From Lytechinus pictus (Eukaryota): DNA of 64,000 nucleotides. The position numbers and the translations under genes were made by a program. Under the pieces are notes generated by a model, which was not told the DNA's origin, did not search any database, and saw only the letters and a list, made by a program, of their open reading frames with translations. Positions 1 to 13,600 of this stretch are shown one piece after another. The DNA lies in assembly GCF_037042905.1 (NCBI RefSeq), contig NC_087247.1:38812001-38876000 (forward strand). The letters run 5' to 3'. Each line of letters opens with the position of its first letter. Positions within the stretch are counted from its first letter, which is position 1.

Positions 1-883
1 CAAAGATAAAAACAAAACATAAGAAATGTTAATTTCTTACTTATCCCGATGAGAATGGTGTTGGCCAATACACATATCCGGACGAAATAACGACAGTAAT
101 TCGTGATTAGACTTTGACTCGTTAACCGATGACAGTAGATAGGCCTAAAAGAACGATTGTTTGTTTATTTTTTATCGTAACACTGAACCTTGATTTTTTT
201 GTTCAAAATAATCAAGTTGAATAGCTTAATACACATTATGTATCGTTTTATAACCACTTCAGTTTTAATATCGAACGTTTCCTTCCGTATCTCACGATAG
301 CATCTTGTTTACAGTTGAATTTATTGGGTTTATATATTTAGAAATAGACTTTGAAGTCACATGACTAGTCACATGACTACCTTTGTGATTGGAAACAAAA
401 AAGAATGTTTGCAGATAATTGTCGAGGATCGGGAATTGATAAGGGAGGGGTGGTTATCCTTTTTTGCCTACTTTGCTGTTGCTGATGTTGTTGCAGTAAC
501 CAGTCATGATTATCATAATCGTGTCATTGATTGAAGGCGAGATTAATCGTTTGTAACTGTCAAATTCCAGGTTGTCTGCGAGTCCAACATGAACGATATA
601 CAAATATTTGTTCTTTAGACGTGATGGTGAACATGTTTTTATGTGGGTGTCTGTTTTAACAATTGAGCATAAAACACTGGGGAATATTTTTTCATAGGTT
701 TGGATACATCTAAAAGTATCTAATCAACTAATTATATTTCTAATGGTCAATTTCATTCTACCTCTGGAACACTCGAATTGCCTCTGAATATTTTATGTAG
801 ATGTGAAAATGGCGATATGGTTATTTTTTAAATTTTGTTATGTAGATATTGACATCATTGATATAGAAGGGGCACAAGTCACT

Positions 884-1890
884 AACAAGTGGAACGCAAT
901 TTAATATAGCAGCAGTGCTAACTTTGAAAACTACTATAAAATAATCATTCACAAAAACATCATTCATATAATGACATAATACCACGTTCATTGACCATAA
1001 ATGACATTTGAACGGAGACTTAAGACTGTCAACTACACCCATGTCCACATTTCATTCACTCTATCCATAAACTTTCAAAGTTATGATGGCACTTCAACAA
1101 TTACCCCAACATGGCCTAAGTTTATTGACCTTAACTGACCTTTGACTTGGTTTTGTGACCTGAAACTCACAGGGGATGTTCAGTGATGCTTGATTACTCT
1201 TATATACCAAGTTTTATGAACTAGATCCATAAACTTTCAGAGCTAGGATGGTACTTTAACATATACCCCCAACACGGCCAAAGTTCATTGACCTTAAATG
1301 ACCTTTGACCTTGGTCATGTGACCTGAAACTCAGGCAGGATGTTCACTAATACTTGATTAACCTTATGTCCAAGTTTCATGGACTAGATCCATAAATTTT
1401 CAAAGTTATGATAGTAATTCAACAAATACCCCCAACTTGACCAAAGTTCATTGACCCTAAATGACCTTTGACCTTGGTCACGTGACCTGAAACTCGAGCA
1501 GGATGTTCACTAATACTTGATTAACCTTTTGCCCAAGTTTCACGAACTAGGTCCATATACTTTCTAAGTAATGATGTCATTTCAAAAACTTAACCTTCGG
1601 TTAAGATTTTGAAAATAATTTTCCCAACATGGTCTAAGTTCATTGACCCGAAATGACCTTTGACCTTGGTCATGTGACCTGAAACTCAGGCAGGATTATT
1701 TAGTAATACTTGATTAACCTTATTTCCAAGTTTCATGAACTAGGTCCATATACTTTCTAAGTTATGATGTAATTTCAAAAACTTAACCTTAGGTTAAGAT
1801 TTGATGTTGACGCCGCCGCCGCCGTCGCCGCCGCCGCCGTCGGAAAAGCGGCGCCTATAGTCTCGCTCTGCTATGCAGGCGAGACAAAAA
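884..1890 (-). mobile_element. Helentron-associated non-autonomous element (HINE/DINE-like) with ~160-190-bp internal tandem repeats
   Basis: 5' subTIR GTCTCGCCTGCAT plus short inverted repeat, (GGC)n microsatellite, ~4 repeats containing TGACCTTTGACCTTGGTCATGTGACC, T-rich insertion site. The 3' subTIR is deleted relative to the 18704 copy. Confidence 0.75.
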
Positions 1891-2324
1891 TCAGGAGATT
1901 AAGTCAAGGTACATTTTTAAAAGACTATTTTGCTCTATAATTTGTCACTTATATTCTGTAGAAATGTTGATGTCCCCTTGGCGTTCTCTTTCTATCTCTC
2001 TTCCTCACCATCTCTCTTCTCCTAAAGCTACACTCTCCCATATTATCAATCCAGGCATGTTGTTAATCAAAATGCTATTTAAATCAAACACTGAAAATTT
2101 GATTTTTAATAAGAAAGTTATGACGTTTGTAAATATCGCACACACTCACTTTCTCTTTTGTACTTTATTTCATATGTAAAATATTTCTTCCTCCACTGTG
2201 TTTGATTCCTCGTTGAAAGTATAAAATTATCGTTCATATAATATGGTGGAGATCTGCTTCACTATGAAAAATAATATATTTGAAAATAAATATAGAAAAT
2301 TAAAAATGCGTGGTTAAAAAACGA

Positions 2325-2815
2325 CCATAACGTGGTTGTTTTTGACCACGCACGCGTCGTCAACTATGCACACGTCACGCACGTGGTTGAATTGACCACG
2401 CAGCAAGTGGTTGCCCAAAATGACCACGAAGCGTGGTTATAACTTCAACCCCAAATGTGGTATAATCGTAACCAACGTTGCGTGGTCAAATTTTTGTGAC
2501 CACGCAGGCGTCGTCAACTATGCACACGTCACGCACGTGGTCAAATTGACCACGCCTCGAGTGGTTGCCCAAAATGACCACGAAGCGTGGTTATAACTTC
2601 AACCCCAAATGTGGTATAATCGTAACCAACGTTGCGTGGTCACATTTTTGTGACCACGCATGCGTCGTCAACTATGCACACGTCACGCACGTGGTCAAAT
2701 TGACCACACCTCGAGTGGTTACCGAAAATGACGTAACGTGGTTATCATTTAACCCCAAACGTGGTTCTGTCCTAACCACGTTGCGTGGCTATTAGATAAC
2801 CTTCGGACGTGGTTA
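2325..2815. repeat. 154-bp tandem repeat (~3 units) rich in CGTGGT/ACCACG inverted motifs
   Basis: Near-identical units at offset 154 (for example 2411 vs 2565). Confidence 0.88.
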
Positions 2816-4412
2816 TTCTACAGCCCCGCTATAGCCACGAAAACATGGTTATTTATGACAATGTGGATAACAAATGAAATACAATCATGCACACGAAATC
2901 AGGTGAAATTCAACAATTTGCATATATTCTTTTAAATCATGGCAAAACAATTAACAAATAATTTCTTAAGCTTGTATTATTATGGGGCATATGTTTGAAG
3001 TTGGGATGACAATGAAATAATTGCATATACAAAGGAAATAGTGAGTGCGTGACATCATTGACACCCTAATGTTCACACTGACCAGAATGTACTTTATGTA
3101 ATGACTGCATCATGAGAATAGAGGTAACTTTTGTAATACAAACACTTTATTATCATACAACCGATTTTGATGACATATTCGGTGCTTTGCTTATCTGATG
3201 TTTTTCTAATTGAAGAAATAACATGTTGTTGAGTGGGATTGGCCTTTGGGCATTTAAGATTTAAATTTGGGACTCGATTGAGCACAAAACATTATACCGT
3301 TTACAAGATCTCTCCCGCTGCATGAAATCACAAAGCTTTGATAGATTCTCTAAATGAATTCAGCACTGCACCCAACTTCCAACATCATCACTATATAACA
3401 CCCTTGTATTTTGTAAATATTTTTGATAGCATTATGAGCGTTTCTGTACACAACTATAGATGTCTTACATTTGCAAACAAAACTATTTAACATTTTCTAT
3501 TGAATTGCTTATGAATATTATATTGAAGTGCGTGCGTATACTTCCATCTTAGCTACTCTTCTATTTATTACTTACTTGCCATTTCCCGATCCCTTTTTAG
3601 TGCGATTGGAGACACAATAAACACACTACTTATTGTAGTCCACCATGACCATGCAACTCATAGTTCCATAATGATCACCATCGTACATATTGAATTGACT
3701 TCAACTCATTTATATTTTCACTTTCAATATGAACGATATTGACTTGGCGTCTGAAAAGATTACGTCTTGTTAGTAAAGAAGTATTCTTTCTCCAGGACAT
3801 TTCATATTTCTAAAAGACCAGTTTAAAGTCAATATCCCGCAACCATCTTGAAGAACGCGAGCTCAAATCCTAGTCTACTGGAGTCTTTCCAAAAATACAT
3901 CACTCTGATAATAAAGTCTTATAATATTTGCACAATAATATGACAAATCATTTCATGATATCCGCTACACATATCAAACATTTGCAAAAATAAAATATTT
4001 TCAAATAAAAAACGATAATTCTGATTGGTCCCGGCCTGCTTAGTTTTTGAGCAAAGCGCATGCAACAATTACCTTCATTGGGAATTACCATTTTGCGATT
4101 AATTACAAATCTTTGTGCTAGGGAAGCCAAGGTCCCACTCCCAATGTTATGGAACAGGTATGAAAGATAGAGGAAACGATCACAAAAAAGATATGGGCAG
4201 TGAATACGCTACGTGATCTAAAACTTTCATTGTTATCATGGTTATACTTGTTTATTGAATTGTCTCAATCATTTTTTTTATTTACTCAGCAAATAAATTC
4301 ATCAGTTGATATCCCCTTCTCTTCCTCTTGAAGCAAAATGAGGATATTGAACCTTGATTATGTTGGTTGTATCTTATCATTAAAAAACATCCGACAGTGT
4401 CATTGCTAACGC

Positions 4413-4677
4413 TTAAAGGAGACCAAAGCCCAAGACCTTCATGTTCTGGAACTCGTATAAGCCAAATCTGGAACATTCCACACCCAAGCCAGATTCCTTG
4501 ATGCCTCCGAATGGGGCCCATTCATTGAAGAAGAAGGTATCGTTGATACCGACCTGACCCACCTCCATCTCCTCAGCGACACGCCAGATTTGAGTTAGGT
4601 CATTGGAGTAAAAGTATCCCGCCAAACCCATTCGAGTGTTATTGGCGATGGTCACTGCTTCTTCTTCAGTCTTGAAC
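4413..4677 (-). CDS. ALDH5A1: Paralogue B exon 9 (FKTEEEA...KVLGFGLL*)
   Basis: 265 nt to the TAA stop. Confidence 0.9.
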
Positions 4678-7600
4678 CTGAGTACAAAGAGGGAACGAGA
4701 GAGAGGGTGAGATAAAGAGAGATGGGGGCAGGTGAGACAATAGAGAGGGGGAAATCGACAGAAAGATGGAAAGTGTGAGAGACATTTGAACATATACAAA
4801 TCAATAATAAAAGTATCATTCCGACTCCTCTTTAACGCTGCTGGTAGAAAACGTTATCTTGCAAGTTGACTTACTCTTTTTTTGTGCAAAATACTGACAA
4901 GTTATATATGTATAACTATAGCCTAACACCTGCTTAGACTGTAAATGTCAACATCGAAATCATACATTACAGCTCGTGACGGACAAATTCAGGGCGAAAT
5001 ACTATAGAAAGATGAAAAGCAATCGTGTTTTGGAAGAGGGTGTTGTGCCAATCTTACATCCAATGTCCACCCCATCAAAAAGTTGATTTGAATAAAAAGA
5101 GAAAAATCCAACAAGCAATACACTGTAAACTTCATCAAAATCGGATGTAAAATAAAAAAGTTAGGACATTTTAAAGTTTCGCTTGATTTCACAAAACAGT
5201 TATATGCATATCCTGGTCCGTATGCAAATGAGGAGGCTGATGACGTTATCCCCTCACTATTTCTTTTGTATTCTATTACATGAAATATGAAATATTTTAA
5301 TTTTCTCCTCATTGTCAAGTGAAACAACGATTGTTTCCTCCATGAACATGTGGAACTAGCATTGCTTAAAACTATATGATTCAGTCAAGTTGGTCCCTAT
5401 TGTCAAATCTGTAAAAAATGAAATATTGTATAATTCAAACAATAAAAAACAAAAGAAATAGTGAGTGATGGACATCATTGACTGTCTCATTTGCATGCCA
5501 CTGAGTTGTGCATATCACTGTTTTGTGAAAAATAAGTGAAACTTTAAAATGTCATAACTTTCTTATTTTACATCCTATTTTGATGAAATTTTCAGCGTTA
5601 TGCGAGTTTGATTTTTCTCCATTTATTAATATCAACATTTTTCTGGGGTGGACTTGACCTTTAAACATCATCGTGAAGCATATTCATGATATTCGTCTCT
5701 TTTCCATGTTACGTACTTGATTACTGAAGCCAATGGACCAAATGTTTCTTCTGAAAATGGAAGGGCAGTCGGAGGCACATCGCATATGACAGTGGGTTCA
5801 AAGAAGTTCCCTCCGAGTTTTGACCGGCATCCTCCAGTGAGGAGACGTGCGCCCTTTTTCACCGCATCCTGCACGTGCCTTTCTACCTAAATGTAAATAT
5901 GATCACAAAATCATTGTCGACAACATCGATTTTAAATTATGATATTCATGTACATGTAACTGATAGCCAAATTTCTTACAGCATAGAATAAAAGACATTT
6001 TCATATATTAAATTTTTAATCTGACCTATAAAAAGAAAATTAAACTACATTACAAAGTTATCGCTGCTGTGCTCATCTGGCTTAAAAGACCTATCCCCTC
6101 CTCTTCGCCGCCCCGTTTCTAAATACCCAACCCTGGAACCCTTTGTGCGTTACACCGACTTCAAGATTTATCTATAGGAAATTCAGCCACTGTCACAATT
6201 TTCAATTTTCTATTTGGAGAGCTAAAAGTACGGGATGTAATCTAATACCAAGATGATACATTCAATTGAACCTGTTATGGATTCAACAAATTTGTGACGT
6301 TATACAGACATTCACTAATTTACTTTAATTATATCGAGAAAAATAAATGTTCTTTTGAGCTATTAAAGAAATATCCTTAATATCATGACATCTAACGCAT
6401 CGGCGACGTCAAAAATAATTATTCATTTCAGGAATTTGTTTGTGAACTGTTAAATGAGACAACGCTCTTGCACATAGGATAAACAACTTTTGAATAATTT
6501 CTCCTAGCTTGATCCTTCGATATTATGTTTAACTTGGTTTCGGGGAGTTCAGTTTTTATTTGTGAATAACATGTAATTTGATTTTTGTTCACCTTCTCTA
6601 GACCTCGCTGGTTGATGAGAGGTCCCATTGTAGTCTTTGGATCAGTTCCATCTCCTACCACCAGACTCGATACATACTCCTTCAACTTCTCACAGAATTT
6701 ATCATAGATCCCTTCTTGCACCAAGATGCGATTTGCACTTACGCACACCTGTAATGATAACATTTTGATGTCACTTTCGTTGGAAGCAATTTCGCCGACA
6801 AGATTCTTATTGAATTTCATTTTAATGCTTACATTCATCATGGAATGTCTAGAACCTTTTTTTGCGACGGAAGTTACCAAATTAAAAATCTATCGTCAAA
6901 TTGGCTTCCCAGATACAACATTCATTAATACGGTTTTTAATTTTAAAAAATGCATGATGCATGCTTGCCCAGCTCTTGTGAATATGCTTTTTAATGCAGA
7001 TATTACCAATCCTGCCGGTTTATCATTTTTCATCATTGATATTATTTTATGTTCTAGTAATCTATAAGCACGTATGATTCATCATCGTACCCGCCTCTCA
7101 GGAAAGAATTTGTACCGCAGTCTACATAAAACCTTTTAAGCTTTGATACCTGACCCGAACCGTAGAATCTCAGCGCAAATGCTCCCATCACGGCAGCATC
7201 GAGATTTGCTGAATCAAAGACAATGAAGGGCGAATTGCCTCCGAGCTCCATGGACACCTTCTTCATTGTGTTCGCACTCTGACCCAACAGAATCTAAAGA
7301 AACATACGAGAACGGTTAGTATACAGAGTGGCACTAATGGCTTTCATAATTTCATAAATTCATTCAGAGTTACGAACAAGTCGAAAAGAAGTATAATTTT
7401 AGACGGATTTATTTAGGAGCTTTGGCCCCTAAATAACAAGGTCTGATATACTAGTACTACAATCGAGCCTCATCAAAAGAAATGTACCCTCTTTCACAAA
7501 AACCAAACGATTGTGGACAAAAAAAGAAGATATTTTCGCCAGTCAGGCTGCTCGTATGGTGACATGAGCTCGGTGATTTAGACAATAATATTTGTTAATA

Positions 7601-10600
7601 CTTATCTGGTTATTTAGTGTTTGTTTTTGTTTTCAAAACGAAATTATGGAATATTGTATATCAAACTATGTTATTCTTCAATGACTAAATTGTCTAGTAT
7701 GTTATTCAAGAGACTCGCGTTTCAAACTTCTTTTCTTTATATGTTCTCCTACTAAGTACTCTTACCTGCAAACGTAACACTCTTTTTGTCAATGTGACCA
7801 TCATTTTACATGGTGAAAACATGAAAACAAATAAATGAATAAACGGATAAATATTACTATACGACGGGGCAAGATGAATTTACCTTTCCCGTGGCTGTAG
7901 AGCCTGTGAAAGATATCTTGGATACCAGCAGACTCTCGCACATGACTTTACCTATAGCTGGAGCATTAGATCTGGAACAGGGTAATATGTTGAAGACACC
8001 GTCTGGGATACCTGCTTCCTTCGCCATCTGTAGATGAAATGAAGAAGTATAAAAGACGGATAAAATCCTTCATCACTAAACTCCCATGTATTTCTTTTTT
8101 ATTACGTCAAGCTGCAGGCATGTAATTCACCTCAAAGACATTGCAAGTTAGGTTCTGACACGCTTCTCCGTCAGATGCCAAATAACAAAAATATTACTAG
8201 TTATGCTCATTGTTGGTGCCTTTCGAGATGGTAGATTGATAAACATTGCATTTCCAATAAAATTGATTTGGTTTACCGTTGTAAAATCGTAAACCTCCTA
8301 TAATTACATCTATTATACACTTACATCACAGAGAGCCAGTGCAGAAAATGGAGTGTCCTCTGATGGCTTGATAACGACGGTACACCCAACAGCTAAAGCG
8401 GCACCGGCCTTCCTAGTTATCATCTCCATCGGAAAGTTCCACTAAACAGTATGTGTAATTAATAATAATTGGTATACAAAATATGAATACGATTTTGTAA
8501 ACTAGATTTCGGCGGTCATTTGGCATTTCTATGCCATTAAACCTTTAATTTCATTACACTATACACAATTTATAAATCACAACTGATTCACATTTTAATC
8601 AATGNNNNNNNNNNNNNNNNNNNNNNNNNNNNNNNNNNNNNNNNNNNNNNNNNNNNNNNNNNNNNNNNNNNNNNNNNNNNNNNNNNNNNNNNNNNNNNNN
8701 NNNNNNNNNNNNNNNNNNNNNNNNNNNNNNNNNNNNNNNNNNNNNNNNNNNNNNNNNNNCGAAATTCACAATAAAAAAAGAGCGTACATATGAACATAAT
8801 TTATAAAAGCAAGATATAAAATAACAAGTAAGAAACAAATACAAAGAAACAACAATATATGTATATACCGAGACTTTTGAGGATAGTGAAATCGGAAGGA
8901 CACCCAGTCCAGTTCTGCCACTAGACAGTACTGTTCTTCCACGGGGTCCAATGATTAAAACACAAGTATTATAAGAAAAGTCTCACACAAATTTCTTAGA
9001 ACAAAAGGGGAAAATTGGGGATATGGGGGGGGGGGGGGTCCAGCATCAATTTTTTTTTAAAACTTCATAGATCAGGAAGGAAGGCATTGAACCTATGTAA
9101 GAATACCATGAGACTACAAGGGACCTTTAGGCAGGGAGGTCATTGAACTAAGAAGCATCTCTGTACGAGAATGAACGTTTACAATAATTTGTTTTAGGTT
9201 TTTCTATGATATTAAATTTCCATGGGACCTTAGAGAATAACTACACTGGCTACTGGTATGTTGGAAAAATACTTTTTTTATTTAAGGCCTTAAAGACCAT
9301 TGTATTCAGATGATATCATCGCCTATTTGATAAGGTTTTCCAACCCAAACGAACATGTAACTCACATATAGACACGCGACTATATGGACTTATTCCTTAT
9401 ATACTTCTGCATGCTCTGTTTTAAAGTTTCTACAATGAATCGATGTATTTTGCACATGCTGATCATATACTATATCACCGTATTAAAGAATGGGAAGGAT
9501 AATGGCATTGTACGCAATTTTCATATTTTTCTGATCAATAGAGTGACGCAATCGAGCTAATAAACTTATGAGTTTGCTTATTATAGAACATATATATTCG
9601 ACACGCAAATTCCATTTTGAACTGGGATCTAACGACTTGCCAAGATATTTGGTTGATTGCACTTTTTTTATATTTCTTCAATTTACATTCAAGTTCAACC
9701 TATAGTACCAATCATTTTGCCAGAGTCAAAAAGCATACTGTCTTACTGTTTTATCACAGTTAAGACTCAATTTAGAATCGCACAACCACTTGTTTATACT
9801 TTTCAGCTCAGAATTCATTTGGGTTTCAATAGTTGTTTCATTTTTATGAGAGAAATAGACTACCGTGTCATCAGCATATAGGTTAATAGAACAATTTTTA
9901 ATATGTTTTACGATATCATCAATATGAATTAAGAACATAAGCGGACCCAGTATAGACCCTTGAGGGACACCGTAGTTTATTCACTCCCGGATTCACTCAC
10001 TCATTCATTCATTCAATCATTCATTCATCTAGGTATATAATTCATCTATTCATTTGTTTGTCCTCTATTTACAGTATGCATTTGTCGTTTGATACATTTT
10101 TTTCTAATTCAATCATTGAATTCAGTGATGGGCTAACCAGGCCCGTTCCCCCTCCCCTTTTTTGAGAGCCATAACAAATATTTTTAGTTGAAAATGTCGT
10201 GCATAGGGAAGTGAAGACCTTTTCTCTGAACAAAAATACCCCCTTTGGAAAAATCCTGCATCCGCCACTCATTAAATCCATTCAGTTTAATTTTTTTTTC
10301 ATTTCTCCAGGAGTGGTATTTAAAATATTCTCCCACCGACCCTAACAATAAATAATTAAAACATTAAAAAGCTATTTAACTGCACATTCTATCACCCCTT
10401 TTTGATTGTTGATAACAAATTGTTTCACTTACAGGAGTAATAAGTCCAGCCACGCCCACTGGCTGTCGGATAACCATGACCCTCTTGTTTTTGTCATGTG
10501 GCATCAGAACCTCGCCGGTTGTCCTCGTCGCTTCTTCCGCAAAGTATCGAAGGAATTGTGCAGCACCTGTCGCTTCAGTTGAGGCCTCAAACAATTTCTT

Positions 10601-13600
10601 TCCCTACATGAGATAATTTAAGACGTATCATCATTATTATGTATTATGTATTATTGTCATTCTATTTCTATTTCATGTTGTAATATCAATCTTGTGTTTC
10701 TTTTATTGTGTTGCAGGGCCCCTTTGTAAATCAGTTTGCTAACTGAAAGGGATACCCTGTTGAAATAAAATATGAATAAATAGATATAACCGCTTAGAGA
10801 CATGTTTTGTGACAAGCGCTATACAAATAATGTTAATTATTATTATTATAAATAAATGAATAAATAAATAAATAAATAAATAAAGGTAACCTTTTGTCTT
10901 AGCGTCGAGAGAAAAAAAAAATTTAAAATTATGTGAACCTCCAAGCCTCGGAAAAAAAATGTGTGTAACTAGTTATTCTTTAAACATAAAAATAGTCCCT
11001 CGAATTTATTTTTGTACTTAAAGATTTCAAACATTTCTAAAAACGTTGATTATTCCCTGCTTTAATTTCTTCCATTTTGTAAACCAAAAAACTTCTTTAT
11101 TTGGAAGCACAAACTTCACTTATCGTGTTTAATATGACGCTTATGACGCTTCAATCGAACAAGCCTAGCTCTTTTGGTCGAGCAATGTAAATTTAATCTT
11201 TAGGATCATTTGTACACTTACATAAACACTGATTAATATCGTTGCGGAAACGAAAGAATTCATATTAAACAAACCATAAATGAACAGAAAATTACGCAAA
11301 AAGTATTATACACACGTTTTCTGCAATGATGATGTTGGTCAAATTCTCCTTGTTTTTATCCATCAGTCCTGCGAAACGGTTCAGGATAGCAGCTCTTTCC
11401 TTGAATAGAAACAACACAATTATTCGAATTTATCAGCAGGATAATCGAGTGAAAGGAATGGAAGATTATCACATATCAGATGTATTCCCTGGAAAAACTA
11501 ATAACAAAAAGGAGTGGGGGATTGAATTAGACTCACAATTATCGATCGAACCTATACAGCTCTCACCATATTCAGGGAAAAATAATAATAGGGACAAAGT
11601 CTTAAATACACATCATGCAAATATTTTTAGTCAGCTGCTATTGCTTCAAGCACTTTTGTGCTTAAAATAGCTGACTCCTGTACTTCACTGAACTTACTAC
11701 AAGTATATCACATGCTTTATGTATAATTAAATTATCAGTTTTTGTCCGTATTATTTATCTCTTCAATTGTCACATTTAAAATATATTCTTTTATATCTTT
11801 GTTATTACGTGATCACGTTAATTTATTACGATTTATGAAAAAATGCAGAAACTCCTCCCCCCCCCAAAAAAAAAATACGGGGAGAAGATGCGTGTGTATG
11901 GATACGTGTTTGAAAAGCGTGTACGTGTGTGAGGGTGTGTGTGTGTGGGTGTGTGGTGTAGGAGGGTGTGTGTGAGAGTGTAAAATCGCACTCACAAGTC
12001 TCTACTTCGGCGATTAATGATAAATAATTCCCCTATTGTCAAATTACATGAGTGAGTGGGTGTGCGTTGGTGTTATGTGGGTGAGGGTGTAAAGGGGAGC
12101 GTTTCATGACAGGACTTGTCGGTCGTTTTATCCGACAAGTCCCGTTATATCCGACAGTTACCATAGTAACAGTACCTCTCAGCCAATCAACATCAGAGAA
12201 AGATGTCAGATCTGACAACTTGTCGGATGAAAATGTTGATGAAACACTCCCCAGGTGTGTGGTGTGTATTTGCGTCATGTACAGCATGAGTATAAGAACA
12301 TTATGGGTAAAGAAAAATAAGGGCCACGTATATTGTTTCTTTAGGTTACATTGATTCAATAAACATATATCACACAAGAATTTACGGACGTTCTTGTTTC
12401 AATGATAAGTTTTTCTTCAATTCTGGACTCTTTTCTGAAAATCAAGAATAAAATGCATTTGTTTAGGGGTTCAATTTAGAGAATACTTGCCAAGGGTATC
12501 GTTTTGTTTCCAATACTTGCTAAGGGTAGGGTTTCACACGCCGATACTTGTTAAGGGGTGCATTTTCAGAATATGGAAAATACTTGTTTAGGGTGCTTTT
12601 CGAGACCCCATGGTCGCGCATGGTATCCACTCGTCAATGNNNNNNNNNNNNNNNNNNNNNNNNNNNNNNNNNNNNNNNNNNNNNNNNNNNNNNNNNNNNN
12701 NNNNNNNNNNNNNNNNNNNNNNNNNNNNNNNNNNNNNNNNNNNNNNNNNNNNNNNNNNNNNNNNNNNNNNNNNNNNNNNNNNNNNNNNNNNNNNNNNNNN
12801 NNNNNNNNNNNNNNNNNNNNNNNNNNNNNNNNNNNNNNNNNNNNNNNNNNNNNNNNNNNNNNNNNNNNNNNNNNNNNNNNNNNNNNNNNNNNNNNNNNNN
12901 NNNNNNNNNNNNNNNNNNNNNNNNNNNNNNNNCTACTCCTAGGTTTAATCTATCAATATGACTACTATACTGCTACTTCGGTTACTTTATTACTGCTTGC
13001 AAGTCATTTCAAAATGTATTTGAATTTCTGTGTGTGTTTATACTAAAAATCAACACTCTACAAATGTTCAAATTTACTCTCTGCACTTGACGCTGCATTG
13101 CAATATTTGCTAAAGATATGCATACAATCGAATAGCTGAGTTATAGTCGTCATTCACATAATAATTCTGGCAATGACATTGCATTTAATATTTCACGAAA
13201 AGATGGTGGCTGGATGGTAGGTGTGTAACTTATTTATACCTAGTCGAATATTCAGACCTTGTTACATTTTTGCATGAAACCTACTAGAACTGGTAGGATC
13301 CATGATTTTTGTCAACATTTGCATTAATTTTTCTAAAACCTTTGACGCGGTCGTTGTAAAGCGTCGTTCCAGTGTCCATAATTCATAAGAAAACTTTAGG
13401 TCTACTAATTCACGATTCGAAATTGGTGTTCTAGAAGTCATTACTCATTGACAAAGCTTTAAACAGACCCCCCCCCCCCCCCTCGGGACAATCATTTTCG
13501 AAAATGCATTTAAGCCAAGGGAGCGAAAGAATCTAGTTTACATGAAGACAGGATTAATGGGTTTTAGCAATGAAAGCTGACAAACAAGGTTTTGGTTCAC

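Noticed and set aside
2325-2815. CRISPR-like array or duplicated peptide genes (ORFs 2411 and 2565)
   Set aside because: The whole unit repeats with no unique spacers, there are no cas genes, and the context is eukaryotic.
4989-5327. Similar ORFs at 4989, 16436 and 38676 suggesting a small gene family
   Set aside because: They are chance frames within copies of the Kolobok-like MITE, with inconsistent starts and no domain.
8588-13046. ORFs containing X runs
   Set aside because: Artefacts of the N gaps; no ALDH exon is missing.
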